Positions 10,001-18,806 of a stretch of DNA of 64,000 nucleotides are shown in pieces. Below the pieces are notes generated by a model. It was not told the origin of the DNA. It did not search any database and saw nothing but the letters and a program-made list of their open reading frames with translations. The stretch's first letter is position 1; every line of letters begins with the position of its first letter. The position numbers and the translations under genes were made by a program. Origin of the DNA: a virus (lineage: Duplodnaviria; Heunggongvirae; Uroviricota; Caudoviricetes); the IMG/VR virus record IMGVR_UViG_3300028920_000902, positions 12,298 through 76,297 of that record; one strand, given 5' to 3'.

Positions 10001-12369
10001 ACAAGAAGGCCGAGCAGGAGATTCGGCTTCGTGCAGGTCTCCCGGCAGAAGAAATGGCAGACATGTCTATTATTGGTGCTGCCAAGCTTGCGGAGACGGG
10101 CCTGAGGTTTGTTGAGTGGTCGAAGTCGATGGTGTCTGATTTGGGTGAGGACATAAAGCCACACCTCAAGAAGATATACAGACGTGCTCAGTCGGCCCTG
10201 AAAACCGAGCGTGCCCGCACTCGAAAACTGTGGGAACAGGCTACGGCGATTGACAGGATATTGAAGAGGCTTGAGGCCAACGAGATGGTGCCCGAAGACA
10301 TGCTGGTTGATTTTCAGACCCGTCTTGCTGAGGCAGAGCAACTTACGGGCGAGGCGCGAACAGAGGCTGTGCTGGAAACCCAGCAGGCTATTGAAATGCT
10401 GAAGCCGGTTGGGTTGTTGAGGAAAGTGTCTACTATTCAAACCCTTGCCCAGCTTCTCAATGTTAAGACATTGGGCAGAAACATTATTGGTAATGCCCTG
10501 ATGCAGGGTGCCGAGCGTGTTTCGTCTGTTGTTGGAACGCCGATAGACATTGTGGTTTCAAAAGCAACGGGCAAGCGGTCTGTGACGCTACGGCGTGGTG
10601 GGGTAAAGGCATTGGAGGAAATGTACAAGGGTCTTATGTTTGCAACCCGCAGGGCATGGAAGGGGCTTCCTCAAGGCGATATTGAAACAAAGTATTCGCT
10701 TAAAGCCCCGGCATTCAGGACTGATGCTGAGGGTAAGTTCAAGTATGCCGAGAGGGCTGTGGCATATATGGAGCGGGCACTTGGGGTGGTTCTTGGTGCT
10801 ACTGACCGAGCGGTGGTGGAGTCTGCCAAAAACAGAACACTTGGTGAATTGGCGGAACTTGCAGCAATAAACAATCGTATTCCCAAGGCAGAGCGCACAG
10901 AGTATGTACAAAACTGGATAAAGAATGCATCAGATGAGGCAATAGACTTGTCTCACGAGTACGGCAAATATGTGACCTTTCAGGACGATAATTTTCTTGC
11001 TGATGCGGCAACAAAACTCAAAAGAGACATCCTGAATGTTAAAAAAGACTTCGGGATTGGTGATTTGATTCTTAAGTATCCCAAGACCCCCTCTAACCTT
11101 GTGAACCGTGCCTTTGCCTACTCTCCCGCAGGGTTTGTGAAGTCCATGTACCATCTTGCCAAGGCCATCCCTGCGTTCGGGGGCGAGTTTGATCAGCGGG
11201 CGTTTGTTCAGTCCATGTCTCGTGCCCTTGTCGGCACGGCTGGACTAACGGGGATGGGATATGCGCTGTACAATCTGGGGGTTATTACTGGGGATGCGGA
11301 GAACTACAGCGTAAGCGCCTTTGAGCGCGAGCAGACGGGTGGTGGCCCCTTCCGCATAAACACCTCGGCGCTGATGCGGTGGGCGCAGTCCGGGTTTAAG
11401 GGAACAGATGTGCTCAAGAAAAGACAGGGCGATACAATGGTGTCATATGATTGGGCACAGCCTCTTGCCATTTCTCTTTCAATGGGCGCAAACTGGCAGC
11501 AGACTATTCAAGATGAATACATTAAGAAGGGCGACTACGGTTCTCTTCTGGGAAATATGGTGGACTTGTTTAGTGCTGGGGCGCAGTCGTTTGCTGAGTT
11601 GCCGATGTTGACCGGTCTTCAGACATTGTTTGGCAGGGGGGTGCCGGGAGACGAGGGGCGTCAGGCAATTCGCGCATTTGAGCGAGTTTTTGAACAGGCG
11701 CCATCTTCGTTTGTTCCCACATTCGTGTACCAGATACGACAGGTAATGGACAACACCGCACGAGAAAAACATGACCCAAACCCGTTCCGCAAAGCCCTTA
11801 ATGGTGCCATTAACAAGCTTCCGTTTGTTGAAAAGATGCTGCCGGAAGCATACAACACGCTGGGTCTGAAAAAGAAGGAAATCTACAAGGGTGGAACCAA
11901 TTCGTTGTTCAACGTGTTTTTTAACCCCGCGTTTGTGACTAAGTACGAAGTTGATCCAATGGTGCAGATGATACTTGAACCATATGTGGCAGAACGCAGA
12001 ACGGGGCAGTTGCCGAGAAGGGCGCCGAGAAAAATTACTTATAGTGTGGACCGCTTCAAGGGCATTGCCAAGCTAGACGAGTTGACACAAGACAAGCTTG
12101 CGGAGATTGGTGCTTCTCGGACAAAAGACAACGTGGTGATGAATCTGGATGCCAAAGACATTTCCGAACTCCAGAGATTTATGGCCGCGCTCACCACGAA
12201 ACAGTTGCAGAATGTCAACAGGGGTGCCCTTAAGAAGAAAACACCAGAACAGCAGGAGAAGATATTGGCTAAGAGCATACAACATGTATCCCAAATGGCA
12301 CGCTTGCAGTATCTCCAGAAGAAGGCGGGAATAATCAAGAGATATACATTGCCCAAGGAGGCACAATGA
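7096..12369 (+). CDS. very large virion protein (1757 aa; tape-measure/internal-virion-protein-like) with embedded GGDEF diguanylate cyclase domain
   Basis: Single 5.3 kb ORF with long helical K/E-rich segments and a Gly-rich C-terminal region. Full GGDEF-like stretch DGDKFKAVNDTQGHKAGDNV...YGREGGEEF...SMGIG...DRASFMAKDSGRNQLV. Confidence 0.8.
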   Translation: MARQDNFLSAAAGLSAYSGWSPDEIRTNVTDVLSSGDTQRIGGLTQALSALKPYGGWGSEEIESNLRTLFPQTEIPQPTFRDTTPQIEPAIASSTAVDIQPTIPQPTEEQVAESIMIPAAHAGARGAAEAVAAEPPPTEEMGPEDIPLPELEKPMQGPGGEVPGTPQTYDMYLASLPKEDREKIENDARYEAYWHEFGKIGSVSAGLAASIPFLNQISDEEKAEFLSMNPELFMAGQLGGTVLQSIGLAGLVGKGLQAIPAIAKSPLLVQAITRATVAGGLSGARGVDEAIRGKGTLAEAVGDAVRGAGAGLVSIVPEVFAPANAIQLIAQPLADLVYDVGVGAVSGEDVGSDDWWKNELLNLAISEGFAIRDVASGAKFKATQGAQRAEVQKWLKGKGGDGFEILDKLDLPRPTPGDEQRPTETKIGEPTKSVAETKPEEEEPTFDVGTAGADATNPTKVQVPADLQERVVFGKVEVSPAQKDKLTGLPNNSVTKTQVDAVADDDWTISIDGDKFKAVNDTQGHKAGDNVITQIGALFHKHFGQFDDVFYGREGGEEFFGNLGKELTPEKLAAAQAFLEEAPDAIRIGNDPFTLSMGIGKGNYTTEGGDKALVSDRASFMAKDSGRNQLVVDKDGVAEYIKGKEVGRKQYVVDFSRKQAKEAIDELAKAGEIDAATAKRLRGEVDRGQEGPKTGGQRVSETAPGEPVKPPKTPTAAKKPPAGDGNQKERSFPKTAEKKGRVGGTDKLYTPQSNAESIKRADALIEERGLVGAEEWVKSDESKGADKTVVALRLIDHYQTSAGKVEGAKSEANMQKAMDIASETARALTSAGQEIQAVRVLSKIAPETFLTSAQKQIDRVNRQRPKARQLILKTEDARKITRLAKEAQTWDTLDKETQNTVKAIQKVLDTGEVTVADINSLKTLQARIRDAVGVEPRSPKPRATPKKPSLNSMLQSRLSDMAAERMAKYKKAEQEIRLRAGLPAEEMADMSIIGAAKLAETGLRFVEWSKSMVSDLGEDIKPHLKKIYRRAQSALKTERARTRKLWEQATAIDRILKRLEANEMVPEDMLVDFQTRLAEAEQLTGEARTEAVLETQQAIEMLKPVGLLRKVSTIQTLAQLLNVKTLGRNIIGNALMQGAERVSSVVGTPIDIVVSKATGKRSVTLRRGGVKALEEMYKGLMFATRRAWKGLPQGDIETKYSLKAPAFRTDAEGKFKYAERAVAYMERALGVVLGATDRAVVESAKNRTLGELAELAAINNRIPKAERTEYVQNWIKNASDEAIDLSHEYGKYVTFQDDNFLADAATKLKRDILNVKKDFGIGDLILKYPKTPSNLVNRAFAYSPAGFVKSMYHLAKAIPAFGGEFDQRAFVQSMSRALVGTAGLTGMGYALYNLGVITGDAENYSVSAFEREQTGGGPFRINTSALMRWAQSGFKGTDVLKKRQGDTMVSYDWAQPLAISLSMGANWQQTIQDEYIKKGDYGSLLGNMVDLFSAGAQSFAELPMLTGLQTLFGRGVPGDEGRQAIRAFERVFEQAPSSFVPTFVYQIRQVMDNTAREKHDPNPFRKALNGAINKLPFVEKMLPEAYNTLGLKKKEIYKGGTNSLFNVFFNPAFVTKYEVDPMVQMILEPYVAERRTGQLPRRAPRKITYSVDRFKGIAKLDELTQDKLAEIGASRTKDNVVMNLDAKDISELQRFMAALTTKQLQNVNRGALKKKTPEQQEKILAKSIQHVSQMARLQYLQKKAGIIKRYTLPKEAQ
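8605..9000 (+). other. GGDEF (GGEEF variant) nucleotide-cyclase domain inside the 1757 aa virion protein
   Basis: Motifs in canonical order: D-x-D-x-FK-x-NDxxGHxxGD, RxGGEEF at ~nt 8752-8772, and the C-terminal A-x-x-AKxxGRN element. Confidence 0.75.
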
Positions 12370-12608
12370 ATCTCCCGAAGAACGGCACGCTTGCTTGGAT
12401 AAAACTGCTTGTCCCGTTTTTTCTGTTGGCCATATCTTTTGCGGCGTGGTGCGGGAGGCTTGAGGCGCGGCTGACCAACGAGATGGAGTTGCGCCACAAT
12501 ACCGATCAGGGCATAGAGTATGTCAGGCGACAGAACGTGCAAATACTGCAAGAGATTGCCGGAGTGAAAGCGCATTTGGAGCACCTGAAATACCATGACT
12601 GTAAATAG
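12366..12608 (+). CDS. small membrane protein (80 aa, one TM helix)
   Basis: ATGA overlap with the upstream stop; hydrophobic stretch LAWIKLLVPFFLLAISFAAW. Confidence 0.5.
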   Translation: MNLPKNGTLAWIKLLVPFFLLAISFAAWCGRLEARLTNEMELRHNTDQGIEYVRRQNVQILQEIAGVKAHLEHLKYHDCK

Positions 12609-14223
12609 AATACCGCTGAGGAATTGGTCTGAGATTGAGTTTGAGCTTGCCAAGATTCGGGGCGAGCTTGATCGTCTTGGCGTGGCCTCGGAGCAGTCTT
12701 CCCGTGGCTGGTTCCAACAGTTGCACGTCAGAGACAGGGCACAGTTCCTTGGCGTTGCGGCAGGTGGATATCTCAGGCTCGATGCCAACAACTACCTTGA
12801 GCAAGTTCCCGCCGGAATAGGAGAAGCCAACACGGCGTCCAATGTTGGCGTGGGGGGCGTTGGGCTTTACAATGCCAAGGTCGGTGTTGACCTCCAGTTC
12901 AGAAACATCAACGCTGCTTCTGCCAGACTCTCGGTTGCGCTTGATGCGCCCAACAATGAGGTGGATTTGGATGTCGTCGAGGCCCAGATAAATCACGACA
13001 ACCTTGGCACTAGAACACATGACGGTGACACCTTGCAATTGGACGGAGTGACCAGCAACGGTGGAGCATTCAACTTTACCACTTCGGGCACGCTTACCTT
13101 TTCTAATACGGTGGCGCTGTCTACGTGTATTAATGCTGCTGGGGATACCGACAAGTTCCTTGTGTTGGATGGTGCCGACAACGTGGACTTCCGCACCGGC
13201 GCGGAGGTGCTGAGCGACATAGGTGGTGCTGCGGCTGTCCACACTCACGACGGCGATACGTTGCAGTTGGACGGGGTAAACAGCGACGGTGGGGCGTTCT
13301 CATTCAACACGACAGGTGCGGTGACGTTCAACCAAGACGTGAACACCCAGAATCTCGGAGTGACGGGCAACATCACGGTTACCGGAACGGTTGATGGTGT
13401 GGACGTTGCAGATCACCATGCCCGCCACGAAAACGGCGGTGCGGACGAGATAGATGTTGGCGGGCTGTCGGGAGAGTTGGCTGACGCGCAGCCGGTGGCT
13501 GTGAGCAAGAATAGCGGGGCCATCGTTGGAACGCGAAGCGAATTGAACTTCATTGAGGGCGCAAACATCACGCTGACTATCGCCGACGATGCTGGCAATG
13601 ATGAGGTGGACATTACCATAGCGGCGGCTGGGGGCGGAGCGCACGATTTGCTGAGTGCCACACACTCCGATACTGCTGCCGATGCAGTCACCCGTGGGTC
13701 GCTTATCTATGGTAACGCAACGCCCAAGTGGGATGAGTTGGTGGTTGGCGCGGCCAACTCCGTACTTGTTACCGATGGCACAGATGTGTCGTGGGACAAC
13801 ACGCCAACTATCGACGGCCTGACGATGGCTGGCGACATTGCGATGGGCGGCAACTCCATCACCGGAGTGAATCAGGTGGACGGGGTGGACGTGAGCGATC
13901 ATCACGCACGTCACGAGAACGGTGGGGCTGATGAGATAAGCGTGGCCGGATTGTCCGGTGTCCTTGCTGATGCACAGACGCCCGCCGCCCACGTCCACGA
14001 CGGTGACACGTTGGAACACGACGCTGTGAACAGCAACGGTGGTGACTTCGATTTCACGACTACTGGAGACATACGACACATTGTTGGTGTGGGAAATGCG
14101 TTTGTGTTGACCGACGTGGTTACGGACGATACGGACAAGCGACCGGCAATCAGGGCAGAGCAGTACGATTCCACGGGAGAACCGGAGGGGTTTACTGTCA
14201 TATATGTTGAGGGGAAGGCGTGA
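12595..14223 (+). CDS. tail fiber protein with internal sequence repeats
   Basis: Repeated modules HTHDGDTLQLDGVxSxGGAF (3 copies) and VDVxDHHARHENGGADEIxVxGLSG (2 copies), also visible as DNA repeats near nt 13018, 13246, 13996 and 13400, 13888. Confidence 0.7.
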   Translation: MTVNRIPLRNWSEIEFELAKIRGELDRLGVASEQSSRGWFQQLHVRDRAQFLGVAAGGYLRLDANNYLEQVPAGIGEANTASNVGVGGVGLYNAKVGVDLQFRNINAASARLSVALDAPNNEVDLDVVEAQINHDNLGTRTHDGDTLQLDGVTSNGGAFNFTTSGTLTFSNTVALSTCINAAGDTDKFLVLDGADNVDFRTGAEVLSDIGGAAAVHTHDGDTLQLDGVNSDGGAFSFNTTGAVTFNQDVNTQNLGVTGNITVTGTVDGVDVADHHARHENGGADEIDVGGLSGELADAQPVAVSKNSGAIVGTRSELNFIEGANITLTIADDAGNDEVDITIAAAGGGAHDLLSATHSDTAADAVTRGSLIYGNATPKWDELVVGAANSVLVTDGTDVSWDNTPTIDGLTMAGDIAMGGNSITGVNQVDGVDVSDHHARHENGGADEISVAGLSGVLADAQTPAAHVHDGDTLEHDAVNSNGGDFDFTTTGDIRHIVGVGNAFVLTDVVTDDTDKRPAIRAEQYDSTGEPEGFTVIYVEGKA

Positions 14224-16274
14224 GCAAAGTATCCATAATTATCCCCGGTCGATATGAGCGGTATTTCCAGCCCACGGTGGACTCTGTGTTGGAGTCTGCT
14301 GTTGGTGATGTGGAAGTCATCGCCATTGTGGACGAGCAGGAATGGGATGTACCGCTGCAATCTGATGATCCACGGGTGAAAATCATTCGCTTGGAGAAGG
14401 CCATTGGACAGCGGGCGGCGTACAACCTCGGCGTGCGGGAGTCAACGGGCGAATACGTGATGAAGATAGACGCCCACGCGCTACTCTCCAAGGGGTTCGA
14501 TGAGGAGCTGAAGAAGTGCTGTGGGGAGAAGGACGTGGTACTCCCCGAGATGCGGCGGCTGGATGTACACGAGTGGAAGCCGAAGCGCGGTGGGGAAACG
14601 GTACATATGTACTTTGGGCTGGATCTGTACTGCCACTATTGGCGCAAAGCGAACACCGAGGACTACCCAGAGGTAATGACAGGGCAGGGGTCATGCTGGT
14701 TCTGTCGGCGGGAGTGGAACGACCACATTGGGCTGCTCGATGAGGCGGTGGGGTCGTGGGGTAACGTCGGCATAGAGGTTTCTTTGCGGACATGGCTGTG
14801 TGGCGGCAGGCAAATCTGCTGCACCAAAGCGTGGCAGGCGCACTATTTCCGCAAGGACGATGGGGGGTTCCCGTATCATCTGACGGGCAGGGACGTTCAT
14901 AAGGCCCACAAGTACACATGGAATAACTACTACTTCAAGGACGATGCTTTCACGAATCAGACGCGGCCTTTCAGGTGGCTGATACAGAAGTTTGAGCCGC
15001 CGGGGTGGGAGGCATATCTGGTGGACTGCTTTGAGTCTCCGAGGGTGATAGTGTACTACACGGATTCGCAGCTTGTGGAACACCTGGCGGCAGCCGTGCG
15101 GAAACGCTTGAAGAAGGTGTGTGGGCCGATACCGATTGTGAGCGTGTCTCAGGAGCCGCTGGGGTTTGGCAAGAACGTGTGTGTGGGTGAACAGCCGCGC
15201 ATATACAAGAGCGTCTACGAGGCCATGCTGGCAGGCGTGAAGGCAACCCCGCCGGGAAGCATCGTGTATCTGGCTGAACACGATGTGTTCTACCACCCGT
15301 CACACTTCGCGTTTCTGCCGCCGGAGCGGGGGACGCTGTATTTCAATGAGAACCGCTACTACTACACACGGGGACACGGGAAATTTGAGAAGGCGCGTGG
15401 GAAGGTGGCGTTGTCTCAATGTGTGGCATGGCGCGAGGACTTGATACAGCACGCCGAGGAGCGGCTGGCGGTGGCGCCAGAGGACATTACCGAAAGCTTT
15501 TCCGCATGGCAGGAGCGGACTGCGCTGAAGACGGTTACGTTCTCATCGAACCGCCCGAACGTGGACGTCCTGCACGGGGCCAACCTGACCCTCAAGGGGC
15601 GGAAGAAACTGCGGTACATGCAGGGTGAGGGCGGCACGGTTCGCGACCTTCCGGGGTGGGGCAGGCCGCCACACTTCTGTTCTGTTGTGGGGTACTCGAC
15701 GGATGATTTGCACATTGTGCTGCACGAGAAATTTGAGCGGCTGCTGCCACAGGTGTCTCCCATACGGTGCCCGAAACTGAAGCGCGACTGGCTGCCGAAG
15801 ATGTTTGCAATGGCTGGCAAGCGGGGTGCGGAGGTGGGGGTGCGGGATGGTGCGTACTCGGAACTGATATGCCAAGCTGTTCGTGGGGAGCATATCTGCG
15901 TGGACATCTGGGACGAGTATTACCACTTCGACAAAGAATACGGCAGGAAGAACCTTGAGGCGTGCCGGGAAAGGCTGAAGCCGTATGGTGTGCGGTACAT
16001 AGAGAAGCCAAGCGTTGAGGCGGCGGCAGAGATAGAGGACGAGTCTTTGGACTACGTGTACGTCGATGCTGACCATCGGTTTGACTGGGTGATGGAAGAC
16101 TTGATAGCGTGGGGCCGGAAGGTGCGCCCCGGCGGTGTGATTGCGGGGCATGACTACTATCGGTTCCGCAACGCGGGCGTGGTGGATGCGGTGGACTTGT
16201 ACACTCGGATGCACGATGTGCGCGAGTGGTTTGTGACCGACGAGAAGGAATCTAGCTTTTTCTGGGTGAAATAA
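14220..16274 (+). CDS. bifunctional glycosyltransferase family 2 / class I SAM methyltransferase (Methyltransf_24-like) fusion
   Basis: N-terminal GT-A signature SIIIPGRYERYF...IAIVDEQ...YVMKIDAHA. C-terminal DYVYVDADHRFDWVMEDLIAWGRKVRPGGVIAGHDY, typical of TylF/Methyltransf_24-like methyltransferases. Confidence 0.75.
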   Translation: MSKVSIIIPGRYERYFQPTVDSVLESAVGDVEVIAIVDEQEWDVPLQSDDPRVKIIRLEKAIGQRAAYNLGVRESTGEYVMKIDAHALLSKGFDEELKKCCGEKDVVLPEMRRLDVHEWKPKRGGETVHMYFGLDLYCHYWRKANTEDYPEVMTGQGSCWFCRREWNDHIGLLDEAVGSWGNVGIEVSLRTWLCGGRQICCTKAWQAHYFRKDDGGFPYHLTGRDVHKAHKYTWNNYYFKDDAFTNQTRPFRWLIQKFEPPGWEAYLVDCFESPRVIVYYTDSQLVEHLAAAVRKRLKKVCGPIPIVSVSQEPLGFGKNVCVGEQPRIYKSVYEAMLAGVKATPPGSIVYLAEHDVFYHPSHFAFLPPERGTLYFNENRYYYTRGHGKFEKARGKVALSQCVAWREDLIQHAEERLAVAPEDITESFSAWQERTALKTVTFSSNRPNVDVLHGANLTLKGRKKLRYMQGEGGTVRDLPGWGRPPHFCSVVGYSTDDLHIVLHEKFERLLPQVSPIRCPKLKRDWLPKMFAMAGKRGAEVGVRDGAYSELICQAVRGEHICVDIWDEYYHFDKEYGRKNLEACRERLKPYGVRYIEKPSVEAAAEIEDESLDYVYVDADHRFDWVMEDLIAWGRKVRPGGVIAGHDYYRFRNAGVVDAVDLYTRMHDVREWFVTDEKESSFFWVK

Positions 16275-18766
16275 TGGCAACCGACTATCTATTTGCAACA
16301 TTCAAACGGGGGACGCAGGAGACTGCGCCGGGCAAAGAGCATCTGGGGATGTGGGACCGGATGCTTGTTGACTGGATAGATCCCGATGTGTATCCCGTGA
16401 AGCACTCGGAGTGGATGCAGAAGTGCTTTTTGATTCTGCGGGTGAAGCGGGATCTGCGGGACATGCTGGTGCAGGGGTGCCAAGCCACCCACGACACCAT
16501 AGAGGACACGTTTAAGGTCGAGGACTACCGGGCGCGGCAGTTGTCGATAGACGTGGACACGGTGAAGGCTGCTCTGTCCATGTCGGATCTGACCGACAAG
16601 ATGGCGAGCAAAGACGCCATCCAGATAGTGGACGCGACGAGCCTCGGTGAGAGCCTGTTCAAGAGTTCCACGCTCATTGCCCCGACGGCGCGTGACGTGA
16701 TGGCGGTTACCAATGGTAATTACACCATAGGCTCCGGTGGTGGGGATAGCTATGCCACCTGGGCAGCCTTCGCCGCCGACATCGGAAGTCCGCTCGATGG
16801 CAACCTAACAGGCACACAGACCACAGATGTGACGGAGACGGCGCAATCAACGACCACCGAAAGCCTCAACGCGCACAAGTTCAAGTGTACATCCGACAGT
16901 TCGCCCGAAGGAAATCCAACTGCGGGACACAAAACCACCCTCGGCGATCACCATTGGATGCAGTTTGAGTGTGAGGGTGGCGGCGAGGTTGAGGTATGTG
17001 ATCTCAGGTGTGACCATGCTTCTGCGTCCGGTGGCAACCGGCACTGTATTGCATGGATAACCGTTACCACTGGCTGGACTGGATATTTCCATGACAACAT
17101 GCTGGACAAGGCCGGTGGGCGCGGGTTTGGTATACACGATGCCGATGCTCAACCGACGTGTTATGTGTGGAATAATGTCATATGGGGCGGCCGAGAGGGT
17201 GCTGGTGATGCTGTAGGTCTGAAGTCACACACTACCCTGCACGGTGGGTTCGAGATTGTTGAAAACAACACCATCTACGACATGGAAACCAGCGGTGTTG
17301 ACGCCCAGGGTGACGATCCAACCTACCGCAACAACGCCGTGTATGACAACGGCACCGACTTTGCGAACATCGGCGCTGCCACCGGCTACAACAACGCCGA
17401 CAGCGACGGCACGGCAGCGGATGTCAACTGGAGCGACGGCAGCGACAACCTGACCAACCAGACCGCCGCAGATGATTTCGTCTCCACCGATGACACGAAC
17501 GCCAGCTTCCTCGACATTGACCCGACAGGTGCTCTCAATGGCGCTGGAAACAGTACCATTTTGGGCGACAACACCGCTGGTATTCGTGGTAGGGCACGCC
17601 CGAATAACGATGGTGGCTATTCCATCGGTGCGGCGGAGGCAGACTACGGCAGCTCGTCGGGCAGCGCTTCGGGTTCGGCTTCGGGCAGCGCTAGTGGCAG
17701 TGCAAGCGGATCTGCCTCTGGCAGCGCTAGTGGCAGCGCGTCAGGCAGCGCCAGCGGCAGCGCATCGGGGAGTGCCAGCGGGTCGGCCAGCGGGTCGGCC
17801 AGCGGGTCAGCTAGTGGATCGGCCAGTGGGTCGGCTTCAGCCTCCGGCGGCTCTGGGTCGGCTTCGGAATCAGCCAGCGAATCGGCCTCGGAATCTGCGT
17901 CCGGGTCTGCCAGCGAGTCGGCATCACCCTCCCCTGAGAACATCATTAACATTGGTGGCGGTGATGCGAATGCTAACGCCGCAACAACTATCCGCATGTG
18001 GACTGCTGCCGACACCACCACGCGCACAGGCACCAAGCGGGTGGAGTTGGATGATACTACCATAAAGTTCCTGCTGAATACGGCCATCGGCGATGTAAAC
18101 CCCGACACTCTGCTGCATGTGTATGGTGGGTCGGCGGGAGCAGTTGCTGCTGTTGCGAACACCGTTCTTGCGGTGGAGGATGATACCACCGCCCTGATTA
18201 GTGTGCTTGCGCCGGATGCCAATTATTCCGGACTTGTCTTCGGCGCTGCCAGTGACAATGATGCGGCCACAATGTTTTTGGACTACACCAACACAGTGGT
18301 TGAACACCGGGTTGGCGGCACGGGTGGAACTTTGCACTATCAGTGGCACCTGTCGGGCATTCATAGTTTCTATGGTTCACAGATATTCTACGAGTCTACG
18401 GGTGTGGGTGCCGAGGAGGTTTTGCGTATTGCTGGAAACTTCATTACCATAAACGAGGACAGCAAAGACATAGATTTTCGTGTAGAAACAAATGGTGATA
18501 CCCACATGCTGTTCTCCGACGGGGGCAACGACAAGCTCTGCGTGTCTACCAATACGGGGCTGGCGGCAAAGTTGACCATCGTGCAGGACGATGCTTCGGG
18601 CGAGTCGTGCCTGTCGCTGGATCAGGATGACGAGTCGGAGGGCTTTATAGATTTCGTGGGAAGCGACACGGGGTCATGTCCTACGGCAACCACCAATAGC
18701 ACCGCATCTGTACGGGTAGAATTGAATGGAACCGTGTACCGCGTCCCCTTGTTTGACGATGCTTAA
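16274..18766 (+). CDS. tailspike-like protein (beta-helix/depolymerase-like N-terminal part, (SGSA)n linker, C-terminal domain)
   Basis: TAATG overlap with the upstream gene. NNxI-type beta-helix repeats (NNVIWGG, ENNTIYD, RNNAVYD). ~75-residue SGSASGSA run. Confidence 0.7.
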   Translation: MATDYLFATFKRGTQETAPGKEHLGMWDRMLVDWIDPDVYPVKHSEWMQKCFLILRVKRDLRDMLVQGCQATHDTIEDTFKVEDYRARQLSIDVDTVKAALSMSDLTDKMASKDAIQIVDATSLGESLFKSSTLIAPTARDVMAVTNGNYTIGSGGGDSYATWAAFAADIGSPLDGNLTGTQTTDVTETAQSTTTESLNAHKFKCTSDSSPEGNPTAGHKTTLGDHHWMQFECEGGGEVEVCDLRCDHASASGGNRHCIAWITVTTGWTGYFHDNMLDKAGGRGFGIHDADAQPTCYVWNNVIWGGREGAGDAVGLKSHTTLHGGFEIVENNTIYDMETSGVDAQGDDPTYRNNAVYDNGTDFANIGAATGYNNADSDGTAADVNWSDGSDNLTNQTAADDFVSTDDTNASFLDIDPTGALNGAGNSTILGDNTAGIRGRARPNNDGGYSIGAAEADYGSSSGSASGSASGSASGSASGSASGSASGSASGSASGSASGSASGSASGSASGSASGSASGSASASGGSGSASESASESASESASGSASESASPSPENIINIGGGDANANAATTIRMWTAADTTTRTGTKRVELDDTTIKFLLNTAIGDVNPDTLLHVYGGSAGAVAAVANTVLAVEDDTTALISVLAPDANYSGLVFGAASDNDAATMFLDYTNTVVEHRVGGTGGTLHYQWHLSGIHSFYGSQIFYESTGVGAEEVLRIAGNFITINEDSKDIDFRVETNGDTHMLFSDGGNDKLCVSTNTGLAAKLTIVQDDASGESCLSLDQDDESEGFIDFVGSDTGSCPTATTNSTASVRVELNGTVYRVPLFDDA
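17650..17925 (+). repeat. 12-bp-period coding tandem repeat encoding (Ser-Gly-Ser-Ala)n / SESA linker
   Basis: Repeated tcgggcagcgcc / agcgggtcggcc units seen directly in the DNA. Confidence 0.85.
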
Positions 18767-18806
18767 GATATGCACACCTCTGTACAAGAAGGCACACCCC
18801 CGTATG

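Noticed and set aside
17650-17925. CRISPR-like periodic repeats
   Set aside because: The 12-bp periodic repeats here and at 27409-27592 lie inside ORFs and have no spacers. They are coding tandem repeats, not CRISPR arrays.
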